From contig SMSO01000006.1 in the NCBI GenBank assembly GCA_004764695.1, positions 635,859-699,858 of the forward strand: a stretch of DNA of 64,000 nt, given 5' to 3'. The stretch comes from Schizochytrium sp. TIO01 (Eukaryota > Protista > Bigyra: Labyrinthulomycetes). Positions 1-12,300 of the stretch are shown piece after piece. Position 1 is the first letter of the stretch, and every line of letters starts with the position of its first letter. The position numbers and the translations under genes are program-made. Under the pieces are notes generated by a model. That model saw only the letters and a program-made list of their open reading frames with translations. It had not been told where the DNA came from and did no database searches.

Positions 1-177
1 CTTGAGGATAACCAGGGAATTATTGGATCCACAAACTCTGCTTCTGTGGAAACTAACAAAGATGTCGATGCTGGCTCCACATCCCTTGCCAAAACCGATG
101 TTGACGGGGTTGAGCTCGAAGCCACGGATGCAACTATGACAGAGAACAGCCAGCAGCGTGCGATGGCACAAGTGTAA
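1..177 (+). CDS. 3' end of a gene entering from the left edge (unknown product)
   Basis: Frame 1 is open from base 1 (LEDNQGIIGSTNSASVETNKDVDAGS...QQRAMAQV) to TAA at 175-177, with coding-like codon usage, followed by AT-richer UTR-like sequence. Confidence 0.6.
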   Translation, partial: LEDNQGIIGSTNSASVETNKDVDAGSTSLAKTDVDGVELEATDATMTENSQQRAMAQV

Positions 178-317
178 TTGAAGACATCAATTATCCATGT
201 TGTTTTCTCATCCATCCGATTCTATACTCTTGTGAGTTCAAGTGTGGTAAAAATTCGTCTGTCAATATAATTAGATTGGCCGCAAGTATGTCACCCGACA
301 ATCGTTTCTCACAACTC

Positions 318-324
<7 letters not shown>

Positions 325-352
<28 letters not shown>
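325..352 (+). repeat. poly(A) tract (A28)
   Basis: Uninterrupted A run about 150 nt after the stop at 177. Confidence 0.9.
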
Positions 353-353
<1 letters not shown>

Positions 354-1551
354 ATCAGCGATGCTGTTCTCGTGAGACATCCAAAACAATACGGCGCTTG
401 TCTCCACCCGAACCTTGCAGTATCTATCTGGAGCATATATATATTTCCGTGCGTTGCATCACCCGATCGCTACACATTGCCTTCTAAGCTCGAGTTCATC
501 ACTTCACACGTTGTTTGACATGAGCCTGCCTCGCAAACTCACGCATAATGAGTTTAGGCTTTGAACACAATCTTCAGTAAAACAAAAGCGGTGCGAGCTT
601 GTGATTGCTATGCTTCATGATTCGGATTTAGCTTAGAGTCTTTTGGAGCGTAGACAAGTGGTGAAGTTTGTCTGACCATCCATGCATACAGAAACTTGTG
701 TGGTGTGGAACGAAGGCAACTGGGATAGGTTCACAATGAATTTATTTGTATTTGCTTGCGAGGGTACCATTCAGGAGTTTTTCGCATCACAGATAACCCG
801 TTTGTTAATGATTAACACCTCTTTTTCAGAATAAATTAATAACGAACTGAACACAGTACTTTAATGAAGTTTGAAAGTATACCATATGTTTCAGATATAT
901 ACACTTGTCCTTAAAATGGACATTGCATCGTTTGGGTTAACGCGGCACTCATGATTGGAAAGAGAGAATTCCAAAAATTTAGGTTGTTAGGTGTTTCCCA
1001 TAAAATTGAACTTGCAACAAATTCAGGGTAGTAAAGATTTGCTGCTGGTTCAATTAGGAAGTTGCATATAAAACATAAAAGAAGTTGCAGCCTCAAACAA
1101 TTTTACTTTGTTACATATATTGCTAAGTTAGAGTGTAGTGCAAGAGTTGGATTTACTATAGTAACAATATTAATAGTTAATGCATTATCTTGTGAATATT
1201 GCCACTTATAAATGGCAGCCTCATATAATGTCAAATCAACATTGCTTATGACGATTGTGAAGACTGACACGTTTCTGAACTCAGAAGATCAAAATCATCA
1301 ACTGGTCTCACAACTCACTAGGAACTGTGCAGCCTCGCGCATATTTTTCGTTTAACAACACATAGAAAATGTAAAGCGATTACAATGATACAATCATGGC
1401 GAGGGAGGATATTTCCAATTCGCTTTGTAACATGTTTCATCAAAAGTGGCTCTTCTCTTGAATGTTGCTACCGAGGAATATCTGAAGTGGGTTGTAAGAT
1501 ATTGAAAAACAACTACTATATCTAAGCAATTATGCGGGCATCAAGAATTTG

Positions 1552-3444
1552 CTATTTGATGTATGAAAAAAAGTCGGAGTGGGCTTGAGAGGTTTGCACT
1601 TGTAAGCGACTAATTGAGTCTTGAACGAGTTCACCATCAAGCACTAGTCGGCCTGGAATAGAGCCTTTTGATTGTGGTGCCTCCATCCGAAAGGCCTTCG
1701 CACGAATTCTTTCCCAACCAGGTACTTCGAACTGTTGCCCACTTTCAAGTGCAAGCAAGCCCCTAGTAAAATTGATGCGGTTGATATCTCGGACAAGCAC
1801 AATTTCAATACATCCGTTGTCTGGTTGCGCGTCGTGTATGAGATGCTGGTCTGAAGCAGGGTGGCTTGTGTTCATCGCCCACATCAACAAAAAGGTTCCA
1901 GACATGGTTTGCCAGGATTCTGGCGTCTCATCTTTTACATCTAACCCGGCATCGTAATAATCTCCTGAAGAAGTCAAGTGCTCGCTACTATCATTATGGG
2001 TCGTTCCGCGATCTGAATCGTGAAGACTATGAGAGGATAGCTCTACATTTCGGCTTTGGGTATCCTCATCATCATAAGGGAGGTAAGACAATGTACATTC
2101 ATATTTGCGAAAGCGAAGCAAATTCACTACAGCTTGGACGGTAAAGCGCCCTCCACCAAGGAAACGGAAAGCTTCTGATTCAATATCCGTATCAGATACA
2201 AAAGCCCAAGATACAGAAAGACTGACATAGGAAGGCTCGATGACGTTTCCTTCATGATCAAGCATATCCACGCGCCATAGATCGAGAGCTTGTACTCTTC
2301 CTCGGGCAATGCCAACTGCAGCAGTGACAGGGTCGTTGATGGGTTCATTTACAGCATGATGCAAAGAAGCGGCAATTCCATTGCCAGAGCCAGCAGGAAT
2401 GACTCCAAGAGGGATAGGGAGGCGTTCGTCTGCCGAAACAAGGCGTTTTAGTCCTTGAACAATTTCGTAGACAATGCCATCGCCACCTACTGCAATCACC
2501 CCATCATAATCTGCAATTTCTGCACGGTAGTCTAATATGATTCGTGTTGCGTCCATTCGACCCTTTGTTATTACTACTTCACAGTTAATTCTAGAGGCTT
2601 GAAGAATTGGCCTCACTTGGGACTCAAACACCTCTTCGGCGCGGCCCTGGCCGCTTTCCGGGGAGACGATGACAAGCATTTTTTTTGCTTTACTCACGCA
2701 AAGATCCGGGAAACCTTTTCCCGACACGGCTCCAACAATTGCGTACTCCCAGTGGTGCAATATAGCAGGGGTCTCAGCACTGAGCACAATCTTTTCGATT
2801 TCATCGCGAACAAGGCGGCTTCCACAACACGAACAGCAGCAGCACGAGCAGCAGCACAATGAGAATACCGAACACGGGCTACATTTTCGTTCTGCGCAGA
2901 GTGGGAACGACACAATCACAATTTCTGCGTCGTCCTGATCGGTGAGTTCTTCTTCCGCTTCATGCTCTTGTGTACTCATTGGCGATGACACACCCTGGTA
3001 GTGATACTGCTTGCGCCGCAGGTAGATGGCTGTAATATCTTGGAGCCATACTTCCCTTGCTACGTGTCCTGACGCGGTATCGACGATCTGGAGCACATCC
3101 TCAGAAAGTGTTACAGTTATAGGTCCGTCGATTCCCCTGCAGCGAAGGTCAGAAGGCCCAGATTCGAGCATATACTCTAAATCTGCTCCAAGCTGCCGTT
3201 CACCTTCAGCATGTGAAGACACGCCTCCATAATTTACAACATTCGAATCCGCTTGCATGGCGTTTGAATTTGAGACTCCGTGGCGTGAGGAGTTTCTCGA
3301 AGACGAAGTTAGCGAGGACAGTGATGATGATGAGGAGGAGGAGTTGCCAAATCTCCCATTGCTGGCGGTCCCGTTGTCAGAGTCTCCCTGAAGAAGAGGA
3401 GTCGAGTACTCCCGCTCTGTTACATCGCGGCTATGGCGAATCAT
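1552..3444 (-). CDS. SPHK: Sphingosine/long-chain-base kinase (DAGK-type catalytic domain), 630 aa, intronless
   Basis: Motifs VIVSPESGQG (NPxSG-like), VGGDGIVYE, PLGVIPAGSGNGIAASL, SDTDIESEAFRFLGGGRF and LVLDGE; Ser-rich N-terminus. Confidence 0.9.
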   Translation of the reverse strand: MIRHSRDVTEREYSTPLLQGDSDNGTASNGRFGNSSSSSSSLSSLTSSSRNSSRHGVSNSNAMQADSNVVNYGGVSSHAEGERQLGADLEYMLESGPSDLRCRGIDGPITVTLSEDVLQIVDTASGHVAREVWLQDITAIYLRRKQYHYQGVSSPMSTQEHEAEEELTDQDDAEIVIVSFPLCAERKCSPCSVFSLCCCSCCCCSCCGSRLVRDEIEKIVLSAETPAILHHWEYAIVGAVSGKGFPDLCVSKAKKMLVIVSPESGQGRAEEVFESQVRPILQASRINCEVVITKGRMDATRIILDYRAEIADYDGVIAVGGDGIVYEIVQGLKRLVSADERLPIPLGVIPAGSGNGIAASLHHAVNEPINDPVTAAVGIARGRVQALDLWRVDMLDHEGNVIEPSYVSLSVSWAFVSDTDIESEAFRFLGGGRFTVQAVVNLLRFRKYECTLSYLPYDDEDTQSRNVELSSHSLHDSDRGTTHNDSSEHLTSSGDYYDAGLDVKDETPESWQTMSGTFLLMWAMNTSHPASDQHLIHDAQPDNGCIEIVLVRDINRINFTRGLLALESGQQFEVPGWERIRAKAFRMEAPQSKGSIPGRLVLDGELVQDSISRLQVQTSQAHSDFFSYIK

Positions 3445-6178
3445 AGTGTCCCAGTCACCTCGGTGCTTTGAAGCCTAGATATTCCTTTGACCAGGTCTGC
3501 ACGATACTCTCCCTCACGATGTGCTCTCCCGCAATCGCTTTGCTGCAGCCTTTGCACGGCAAAAGGTATCTTACTTATTTCATCATTCGTTCATTATTTG
3601 CTCGGACAGTGGCTGCTTATTCCCTGATGATGGAAAAGTAGAGAAGAAAAGAGTACTAGACTAGAGAAAATTATTATTACATAGAGGTACGTAGTAGTCC
3701 ACTACGTATCTACTACTGAACAACGAAAGTATCTTTTTCTTGTGGGTCCCGCTGATAGGTACAAAGCTTGGTCCCTATTACTTAGACTCTCAAGGGCTTT
3801 CCAGGTTCAACAATGGCATCATGGTCGTTTGTGAAGAGCATATGGTTTTATGTAGATAGGTAGCAGCGATGGAGAAGCAAGCACAATAAGGGACTGCTTT
3901 TATCTTGGGGGTTTGCTTTCGAGATTAGGTCTAGGATAGTTTGTAAAGCAGCTGTGGTGCTGTGTATAGTTAGTTGAATATCTACAATTCATTTGTAGAG
4001 TAGTTTCGGATGGTAATCCTTCAGAACCAAATCACCAGTACTCAAATGCAGGGAAAATCTTGCATGCGAACTTCCAGTCGCGACTTCCAAGATACCTCTG
4101 AAGAATTTCAATGTTAAGAGCAGGAAAACTACGTGAAACTGATTCATTGGATCTGGAATGCACTTCACAAATTTCAATAATCAAAAATCATTGTACATAC
4201 CTGAGGGAACCTAAGTTTGATGTCATAATTTATGCTACCTGCCTGAGCTCTAGTGCATAACTACAACAGCTTTCTAATAAAAGCTTAACAGTTATTTTAT
4301 GAAATAGAACTATAATGTCTGATTTTAATTCTGAAAATCAGAATATCACGGGTTCAAATGATAAAACGAGTCATTAAGCATAAGCGGCTCTCACAAAAGC
4401 ATGCATATCGCAGGTACTTTTACAATTAAAAATAAAACACTAAAAAGTTTTAATATTAATGGCGCATGCGGAGAACAAGTTTTTATGAGTTTTAGATTTG
4501 TTTTGGTTTCCCTGTTCCTCGTTCAAAAGGATAATTTCGAGTTGTATTCAAAATCCATCACATGTAGTATGTCGCCTTCGGCCTATCTCAGTAGACAAAC
4601 TCTTGATCCTCTGCTATTTAAATTGTTAATTGCATGACCAAAAATCTTCAGTTAGTCTGCGTAGTACAGCTCGTTAGGCAAGTTCTAAAACATCGGAAAG
4701 CAAGTCTACATGTGGTATGGTAGTGAGTTTCAAGATAAACTCTATTTCTCATGATATCAGTTCATAGTTTTACCATCCGCTATCTTCCGGTCTGTTGCAA
4801 TATGGAGAAGCAGAGAGTGCCCCCCCCCCTCAATCTATGGGCAGGTAGGTCTTATTTTCAAGGAGGGCTCGTCATGTTCATCTTTTGCATCCGCCCGTCT
4901 CAGATCTTACCTGAGTTCGATTTGAACGCGTGGCAAGATTATTGGAACGGATTGACCTTTCAATGACAAAGGATTTTTCATTAGAAAATAAAATAAATAA
5001 ATCAATAAATAAATAGATCCATGAAAACCGATTCCCTGTACGATATTTTAAGCAGGGTCAAGTAACTTTTGCGTACTTGCTTCCTCTATGGCAATAGCAT
5101 TTGCGGAGTTGTCTTCGAAGCACATGAGTTTGCATTAATATAGGTGAAATATTCACTCAGAACTTGATCTAGTCAGCTATAAAAAGCTCCGCGACACATA
5201 CTTTGGAGAGAGACAGAAGAGCTAATGATAAAACTTTGATGCAAAGATGGATCGCTTTCCTTTTACGTATTTTGGATCCGTCGAACTCTGCATACAACAC
5301 CGTAAAATCGAAAACAGAAATCATAAAAGTTTTTTTTTTTTTTTTTTTTAATTCTTCATATTAATGGAAAAGAACAGAAAAGAAAAGAAAAGAAGAAGAG
5401 TATTTTATTTAAAAAAAAAAAAAAAAAAAGGTCAGATAGATAATACACACTGTCATAGACTTACTACTTTTTAAAAGCATGTTAAAATTCCAAATCCAAA
5501 AACGTCGGAACAAAAGAAAAACATAATAATCATTTTCAACATAAGTAGCAAAATAGCAGTATTACTAAGGGACTAAGGGACTAATCTTAGAAACTAATGT
5601 TGAATTTTGGAGAAACGTAATGAATTTAATAAACCTCAGAATGGGTGATGTACCGGCCCACCGACGGCTACAAAGTATGTTTGGCGATTATATAGAGATA
5701 AGGGTTGCAAATACAGTTCGACATGAGCATGCAAAAGGTGCATGACCATCCGCAGATAAGGATCAGGACTTACACTACAATAGCATAAGGCAACAACTTC
5801 AGTTATAGCGGTTGAGCAATTCTGGGATACTCAATATTATCATGATATGTTAGAGAAACCAGCTGGCACTAGTTGACTGTAATAATTAGTTGATAGGATG
5901 TTACTTCTTCAAATTTTCTCTTTAGTGATTTGCATATGTCCCACAGATGTGAAACCCATCTACTTGCCCAAGTCAAACTAGCTCTTTCCAAGTTCATAGA
6001 CTAGCCCAGGAACTTGTATCTTACGCGCAGAGATCAACGTTATCATTTACATGGCGCTAGTAGACCCTACTAAGCATTAGTTGTACAGCAGTATAATATC
6101 AGATAAGGTCAAAGTCAGTCACGTGTTAGCTAGTAGCAGTGTGCAGTTCTGGATGTTTCTGTGTGAAGTAATGCTATG

Positions 6179-6250
6179 CAGAGCTTAGTCCAGTTAGTAA
6201 AAACGAGATTGGTGGCATACGCACGAAAGGTGGCATACGTATGCCACCAA
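6179..6250. repeat. Direct/inverted repeat cluster with a perfect 20-bp palindrome GGTGGCATACGTATGCCACC
   Basis: TTGGTGGCATACG (6209-6221) is the inverted partner of CGTATGCCACCAA (6238-6250). The palindrome spans 6229-6248. CAGAGCTT at 6179 resembles a DNA-transposon terminus. Confidence 0.7.
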
Positions 6251-7841
6251 ATTCAAAAATATTATAAAATAAATCATAAAATAAAAACAAAAGAATGATT
6301 TTTGCAACGGGATTAATCCTGGCAACTGTTCGCCAAGTCAAACAAGATTGATCACCTTGAACCCAGGCAAAATGTAAAAACTTACTCGGAAGCAATAACT
6401 CTCTGTTACTTTGTGAGACTCAATCCTTGTTGTTAATTTTGCAACGTATCATTCATGCTTGGGTTGTTGTTCCTGCTCGCATCTCAGCTTTTTCCAAATT
6501 GGTCTGGTCTAATTATTGAATGCATAATCATTCCTCGATGATTTCATTTTTCTTGGGAGGCAGCAACTCTTAGGAACATTTAGAAAATTCCAAAGTCTTA
6601 TGGGAACTCTCTTACGCAACTAAATTAACATGTTGACTTTGTCAAATTCTGTCCAAACTTACCAACAATGCTAACGAGAGTCTCAATTGCCCTTGTGATT
6701 CATTCACGATAGCTTCAAAAACTTGTTGGTCATTGCCCAGTTTCCATCAATAAGCAAGGCAAAGCAACATTATTGTTGTTTCCACAGATTACAGCCGACT
6801 GTCGTTGCAACGATCTCTGCTCTGACTGTGGCTATGGTGGTAGATTTGCCATTTGGTTCGTCAGCTCTTGAACCTTGGTCTTCTTCTACAGCAAGACTCA
6901 TGAATATTGTGCCGTGGTGCCGCCATTAGCCCGGCAATCTCCTTTGCAGCTCGGCGTCATTGCCTGGACTTAAATTGGCCATGGTTCTTGCTTCCCACTT
7001 GTTGGGTGATTCTCTGAACGCCCGTGGCCAGAGTTTATACTCCCCTATACCTCTATAAGCACGTATACGACAAATAGAAACAAAAAGGCATGTTTCGTCC
7101 GTACCGAGCAGTCGCTTTGAAAATCAGTGTAATTGAATTTCCTTCAGAAACTGCTGAATTTTGCCGTCGCATGTGCGAGTGAGGCCCCATGTAATCAATC
7201 ACATCTCCTGGCGAAAACGCGATCGATTTTCAGCACGGCGAGCAGAGCCGCGTCAGTTAGTTTTGTGAGTCGCCACACTTTCCCCGTTGACGAGCCCTGT
7301 TGTAGCTGCCAAGAGGCGCACTCCCAATCATTGTTCAGATGAAAGTTTTACTCTCCTCGTGCAAAAAAGGAGTGTACCCAGTCATAGTATTCAACTTGTG
7401 TAGTATTAGAATGCAGACGGGCGGCTTTCAAGGCAGGAAAATCAGCGAGTCTAATGGCAGGTGGAGGGAGCTCTCTCGCAATAAAAGGTAGTCTGGTGGA
7501 TCTTGGGGGCTATAAGCTCTTTCATGGCTGGATGCGTGGTGTTTGTTCTTCAGGTTTTCGCAACCCGTGGAGGAGCTAAAAGCAAGTGTAAGCAGGAACA
7601 GCAGGTGCCACGATCACGCATGTCTTTGCAGTGTTCACACGAGGCGTTTCTTAGAAGCATGTTTGTTTCTAGCCAATTCTTAAGAGGCCCAGGGGTGTCA
7701 CCACCTGTGCTGCCTGGCTCTGGCTTTCGTTGTTGCTCTGAAAGTGGCAAGTGTTTTCTTAAAGTTGAAAGAAAGATCTTCCTATACACTAATTAATATA
7801 GCAATATAATTATAAAAAAAACTTGGAAAAAAAAAAAAAGT

Positions 7842-7874
7842 AGAAGAAGAAGAAGAAGAAGAAGAAGAAGAAGA
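7842..7874. repeat. (AGA)n microsatellite
   Basis: Seen directly. Confidence 0.9.
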
Positions 7875-8175
7875 AAGTCAAAGTAAAAAGTTGCTGTTTC
7901 TATGCTTGAGCCGGTCTTCGTTCGCTCGCGCCAAATTGAACCGCAGATAAGACATTGATGCATTATCTACCTGAGGAAAGAGTGGGTGATAGGAATACTA
8001 ACCTGTGTACTGACTTTAACTCGCTCGCAACATATCACATTTCGAAGTAGTTTCCGCTAATTCTATTCCCTCGAACTCCACCGCAGTGATCTTCAGCTCC
8101 GTCCCTTTTTCTACGTATGAGACTAAGCGCAAAACAAGGTAAGGCAAAATAGCTCAATCAGTCAAATGACTGAGC

Positions 8176-8216
8176 GAATGAATGAATGAATGAATGAATG
8201 AATGAATGAATGAATG
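8176..8216. repeat. (GAAT)n microsatellite
   Basis: Seen directly. Confidence 0.9.
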
Positions 8217-9277
8217 AGCGAACGAATAGATTAAATTCATTGAAGGCGTGCCGCGAAACTCGCAGCCTGACAATCAGCGGCAGCAGAAGAAGAAGGAAAT
8301 AAGCATCACGTATATATTACTTTTGGTTGTTTCGCAACCTGCAGGTGTTCGCTCAGACCTGTGGCTCTTAGCTGGACTATTTTTTTCAGCCGCTGAGAAA
8401 AGAGGCGCTAACCGTGTCTTTCTTTCCGCTAATCATCAAACTTTGAAGAACTGGCAGTAAAGGAGGAAACTGGAGCATCATTCGGAAGGGTGGCATACGC
8501 GCGTCACTGCCAACTTCCAACTGCGAGCCTCTCATACGCACCGCTGTAATGCCAACAACGTTCTATTCCAAATGATCTTTTCACTTTTCACTTCTTAAAA
8601 ACAAATATTTTTTTTTTTAAAATTAAGAAAGCATGACGGATATGAAAAAAGGTCGTGCGCGGAAACTGAGCTCTATCCTCTGCAATTGTGGTGCTTCAAG
8701 CAGGGCAAATACGAGGGCAAGTCGCCTCTCCCGTGTTCAACTCTCCGCGAATCTCTGCTCAGTCTGTCAATCACTGCACGCCGCTCGAAGCGATTCTCGC
8801 TCTTATGCTTCTCCATAATTTATCCGACAAGAACAAGACTAAAAAGTAAAAGTACTTATTTATTTTAATCAAGTAATCAGAACTACTGAAAAATAGGAAC
8901 AACTTCGTAATGATAAGCTCATCCCTCAGATTTCAAATTTCGAGAAACTAGGGCGCCTACTACGCACTACACTAGGAGACCGCGGCCTTCATTCCCGCCC
9001 CTGCTCTTAGCAAGACGCCTTTCGCTTCGCCCTCTTTGTTGTATCTACGCGCGCCTCCTTTCCAAGCTACCTCGACGACCTTTCTCCATGCATGAGTGCA
9101 TCAGCCCATGCATGCGTGGATGCGTGGCTGCGGCGTTCTCGGGTGCTCTCAGGCCGTCCGCTCGAGCGTCTGCCACGCCTCCTCTTCGAGCCGCTCTCTG
9201 CAACGTCACGCTTGAAGCAAAGCTCGCTCACGCCTGCATAGTCTTTGCAGCGCATTCAAAGACGTGGATGGATGGCT

Positions 9278-9317
9278 AGATAAGATAGATGGATAGATAG
9301 ATAGATAGATAGATAGA
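9278..9317. repeat. (GATA)n microsatellite
   Basis: Seen directly, slightly imperfect. Confidence 0.85.
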
Positions 9318-12300
9318 CAAATGAAAGAAAGGCGAAGCTGTGAAATTGAGCGCCCATCTCCTTCGAAGTGCCCTCCGTTCGAGCTTCTTTCTTCAAGTTT
9401 TCTCTTTCTTTCTTCAAGTTTTCTCTTTCTTGGAGAACTAACCTGTCTGCCGCAACCCCCCACGATCAGAACTCTGCGAACAAGCAACGGCAATGGCGGC
9501 GCCGCTCCAATAAGCGCCGCAGCGCTTTCAGGCGGCGTACGGACGCATACGCAGCACACTTTTGGCGCTCCCTGAATGAGAAAAGGGCGCTGGGATCGTG
9601 AGAAGAGCAGGCGAGAGAACAGAACAACTCTATCTCTCCTTCTCGCTTTGTTCTTGTTATCGCCGGCCTAGATTTATTTTCTATTATATAACAGGCTACT
9701 ATCATATACTTCAAGTTTGCGTTATTTTTCATTTATCAAACGTGTTTGTTTTTGTATTGATTTATTTCTTCATTAAAAAATAAATAAATTAAAAAATAAA
9801 ATATATATATTTGAAATATTTGAAATAATTTAAAAAAAAAAGAGTAACAGGTAGGTAGAGAGAGAGAGAAGAAGTAACAATTCCAAGTTTGGAAAACCCT
9901 TTCCATTTGCATGTCTGACGCGGCGCCTCGATCGACACAAATCGCGGCTGCTGTTGAATTAGTTCTCAGCAACTGGACGCCGCAATTTCCAGGCCACGGT
10001 AAGCACGTCTCTTCCGGAGGATCTTCGTCGAGCTTTCTGCCTCTCTCGCCCGGAAGAGCTCTCGAATCGAGCCGCCACACGGCCCATCCGCCCTCTCTCT
10101 CTCTGCGTGCGCAGATTTTCAAATTTCACAGACATCCTTCAATTGCAGCTCTTTCTTTCTTGTTCTGTTCTGCTTATTTACAGCCGTGGCTATTATAGTT
10201 AGTTAGTATGCGCTCCCTCCTCCGTTCTCTTCTCTCGTTTTGTCTCGCCGTTCTCTGCCCGCCAGGGACTTCTAGGAGATAACGCTAGCAACCCCGCATA
10301 AGAGGTGCTCGAAGAAAGTGCTTTCGCGCCATCCCGAAACCGAAAGAACGAGGCTTTGGAACGGGAGGCCTATCTGGGCGCTAAGCACTGCTAGCCTACC
10401 TAGTTCTCAAATTCAAATTCTTCAGGGTGTCATTCGACCGATATACAGAGAGGGTGGAGCGTGAAGAACCCAAATTCGACGCAAGGGAACGCACGGGATT
10501 TCAATTCCTGCTCAAAGCCGGGCGTCGTGTGTGGAATTCGGCCGCGGCACGAGGCGCTTTGGAGGCGGTTTTGTCCGCTGCGGAGAAGAATCGATCCATT
10601 TCACAATTACAGAACCAGCGAATCGATCTGCGGCAGGGACTGCTTCTTCTTCGCTGCCGCCTACCTACTATAAACACAGAAGGCGGTGACGAGCCCTCCA
10701 GATCGAGCACTTTCGAGGTCTTCCGTTCTCTGCGCTGCCGTGCTTTCTTCCTTTCAAGCGGCAGATAGCAGTAGGTAGCTGACACCTACGGCCTGCTCGT
10801 CACTACCACTTTTAGTTTCATTTTAAACGGAGAATATATATATAGTTATAAAAACAAAAACAAATGTAAGAACAAGCAAGAAAGAGGATTCAAAGGCAAG
10901 AGCCAAACGCAATACCGACTAAGAGTGATTGCTGTAGGAAGCACCTTTGGGAAAGGTTTTGGTTCATTTCATGTGACAACCAATCTTTGTTTTGCTTTAT
11001 ATTATTTTATTATATTTTATGTTATTTTGTTTAAAAAAAATAGGTTATAACAAATGAAGCACTAAGAAGAGAGAACACGCATCGTTCGAGCGCTTCGCAG
11101 ATTCTGAGCAGCTTGCCATGATCATGCGCGGCCCAGAGAACGGCACGGAGGTGGCAGCCGTTCTCCGTATAACACTGGCAAGTGACGATCCAACGGCGTG
11201 AGCTCTGCTTCTGAGGATACCGACGCCACGGCTTCACTAGTCCATCCGGTGACTTCTCTCGTATTTCCATCAATCGATCTCTGCAGTTGAAAAAATCCTC
11301 ACAACTTGAAGTCGGTACTGTAAATATCTTCTTTTGATAATTTCCGACAACTCCAACGCACATCGCAGTTGGAAAAAATTGCGCAGGCTTGGGCTCCGTT
11401 TGGTGAGGAGTTGCTTCACCATCGTGGCATCCATACGAGCAGGATGAGCGAAGATCGCCCACCGTCGAAACAAGGATTGCTCCCCTGTAAAAAGCGAGAG
11501 CCGCATCCAAAATGGCCTCGCCGTTAAAACACGACGTTCTGACGTACCTACCTACCTACCCATGTGCCTGATGTTAACCAGCTGCGATAGAATAAATTGT
11601 ACGAGTGGCATACGTACGCGCGGAGTCGCATACCTCTGCATTTAGGTGTCATGAATCTCGCGAATCGAGAACTCCGCCCAAGTCAACGTAGATTTATTTC
11701 TCCAACGGAACTGGACTTGGACTTGGATTTAGGCTGGACTTGAGCCTTAACTTTTAGTTTGCGCTAGGCGGGCAATCGATCTGCCGCGGCATTTCAAGTC
11801 CGCATTCGGCATCATGTTCTTCAAAACCTGTAGCCTGATGATTGATTGATTTCCTTGCTCAATTAATTTCTATTTTATTTCTTTAATTTAAAAAAAAAAA
11901 AAAAAGAGAAGAAAAAAGTAAAAGTAAATTAGTCAATAAAAAATTCTTTCGAAGTAGGTACCAATTTCCGATTTCTCGTAAGTTTCTAGCTACGATAAAC
12001 TCTTCCGAAGCTTGCGACTCTCTTCCAGCATGATGGAGGAGGGCTCGTCAGAGCAGCTGGGTCCTTGAGGCCAATCTGATTTATGCCGCTGCTTTTGGCT
12101 TATCAGGGCTCTCAGACTTGCACCCCTCCCGCAGAGACGGCTGAAGACTGTACCTACTCCATTAGTAGGCAGAACGGGGCTTGCTTCTTTCTAGAGGCGG
12201 ATCTAACTCTCTATGTATCTATGGCTTCAAAATGTTCTGTGGAAATCAGGCCTGACTCGATCACTCAGCCATTCATTGAAAACTCGAGGACGTGGCACCT

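Noticed and set aside
325-352. A28 tract as evidence that the left-edge gene is a retrocopy
   Set aside because: Long A/T runs are common throughout this window, and no target-site duplication can be assessed.
5563-5586. ACTAAGGG x2.5 as an interstitial telomeric repeat
   Set aside because: Too short and not TTAGGG-type.
11031-11510. 159-aa minus-strand ORF in the gene desert
   Set aside because: Non-ATG start, no motif, and no coding-like codon bias.
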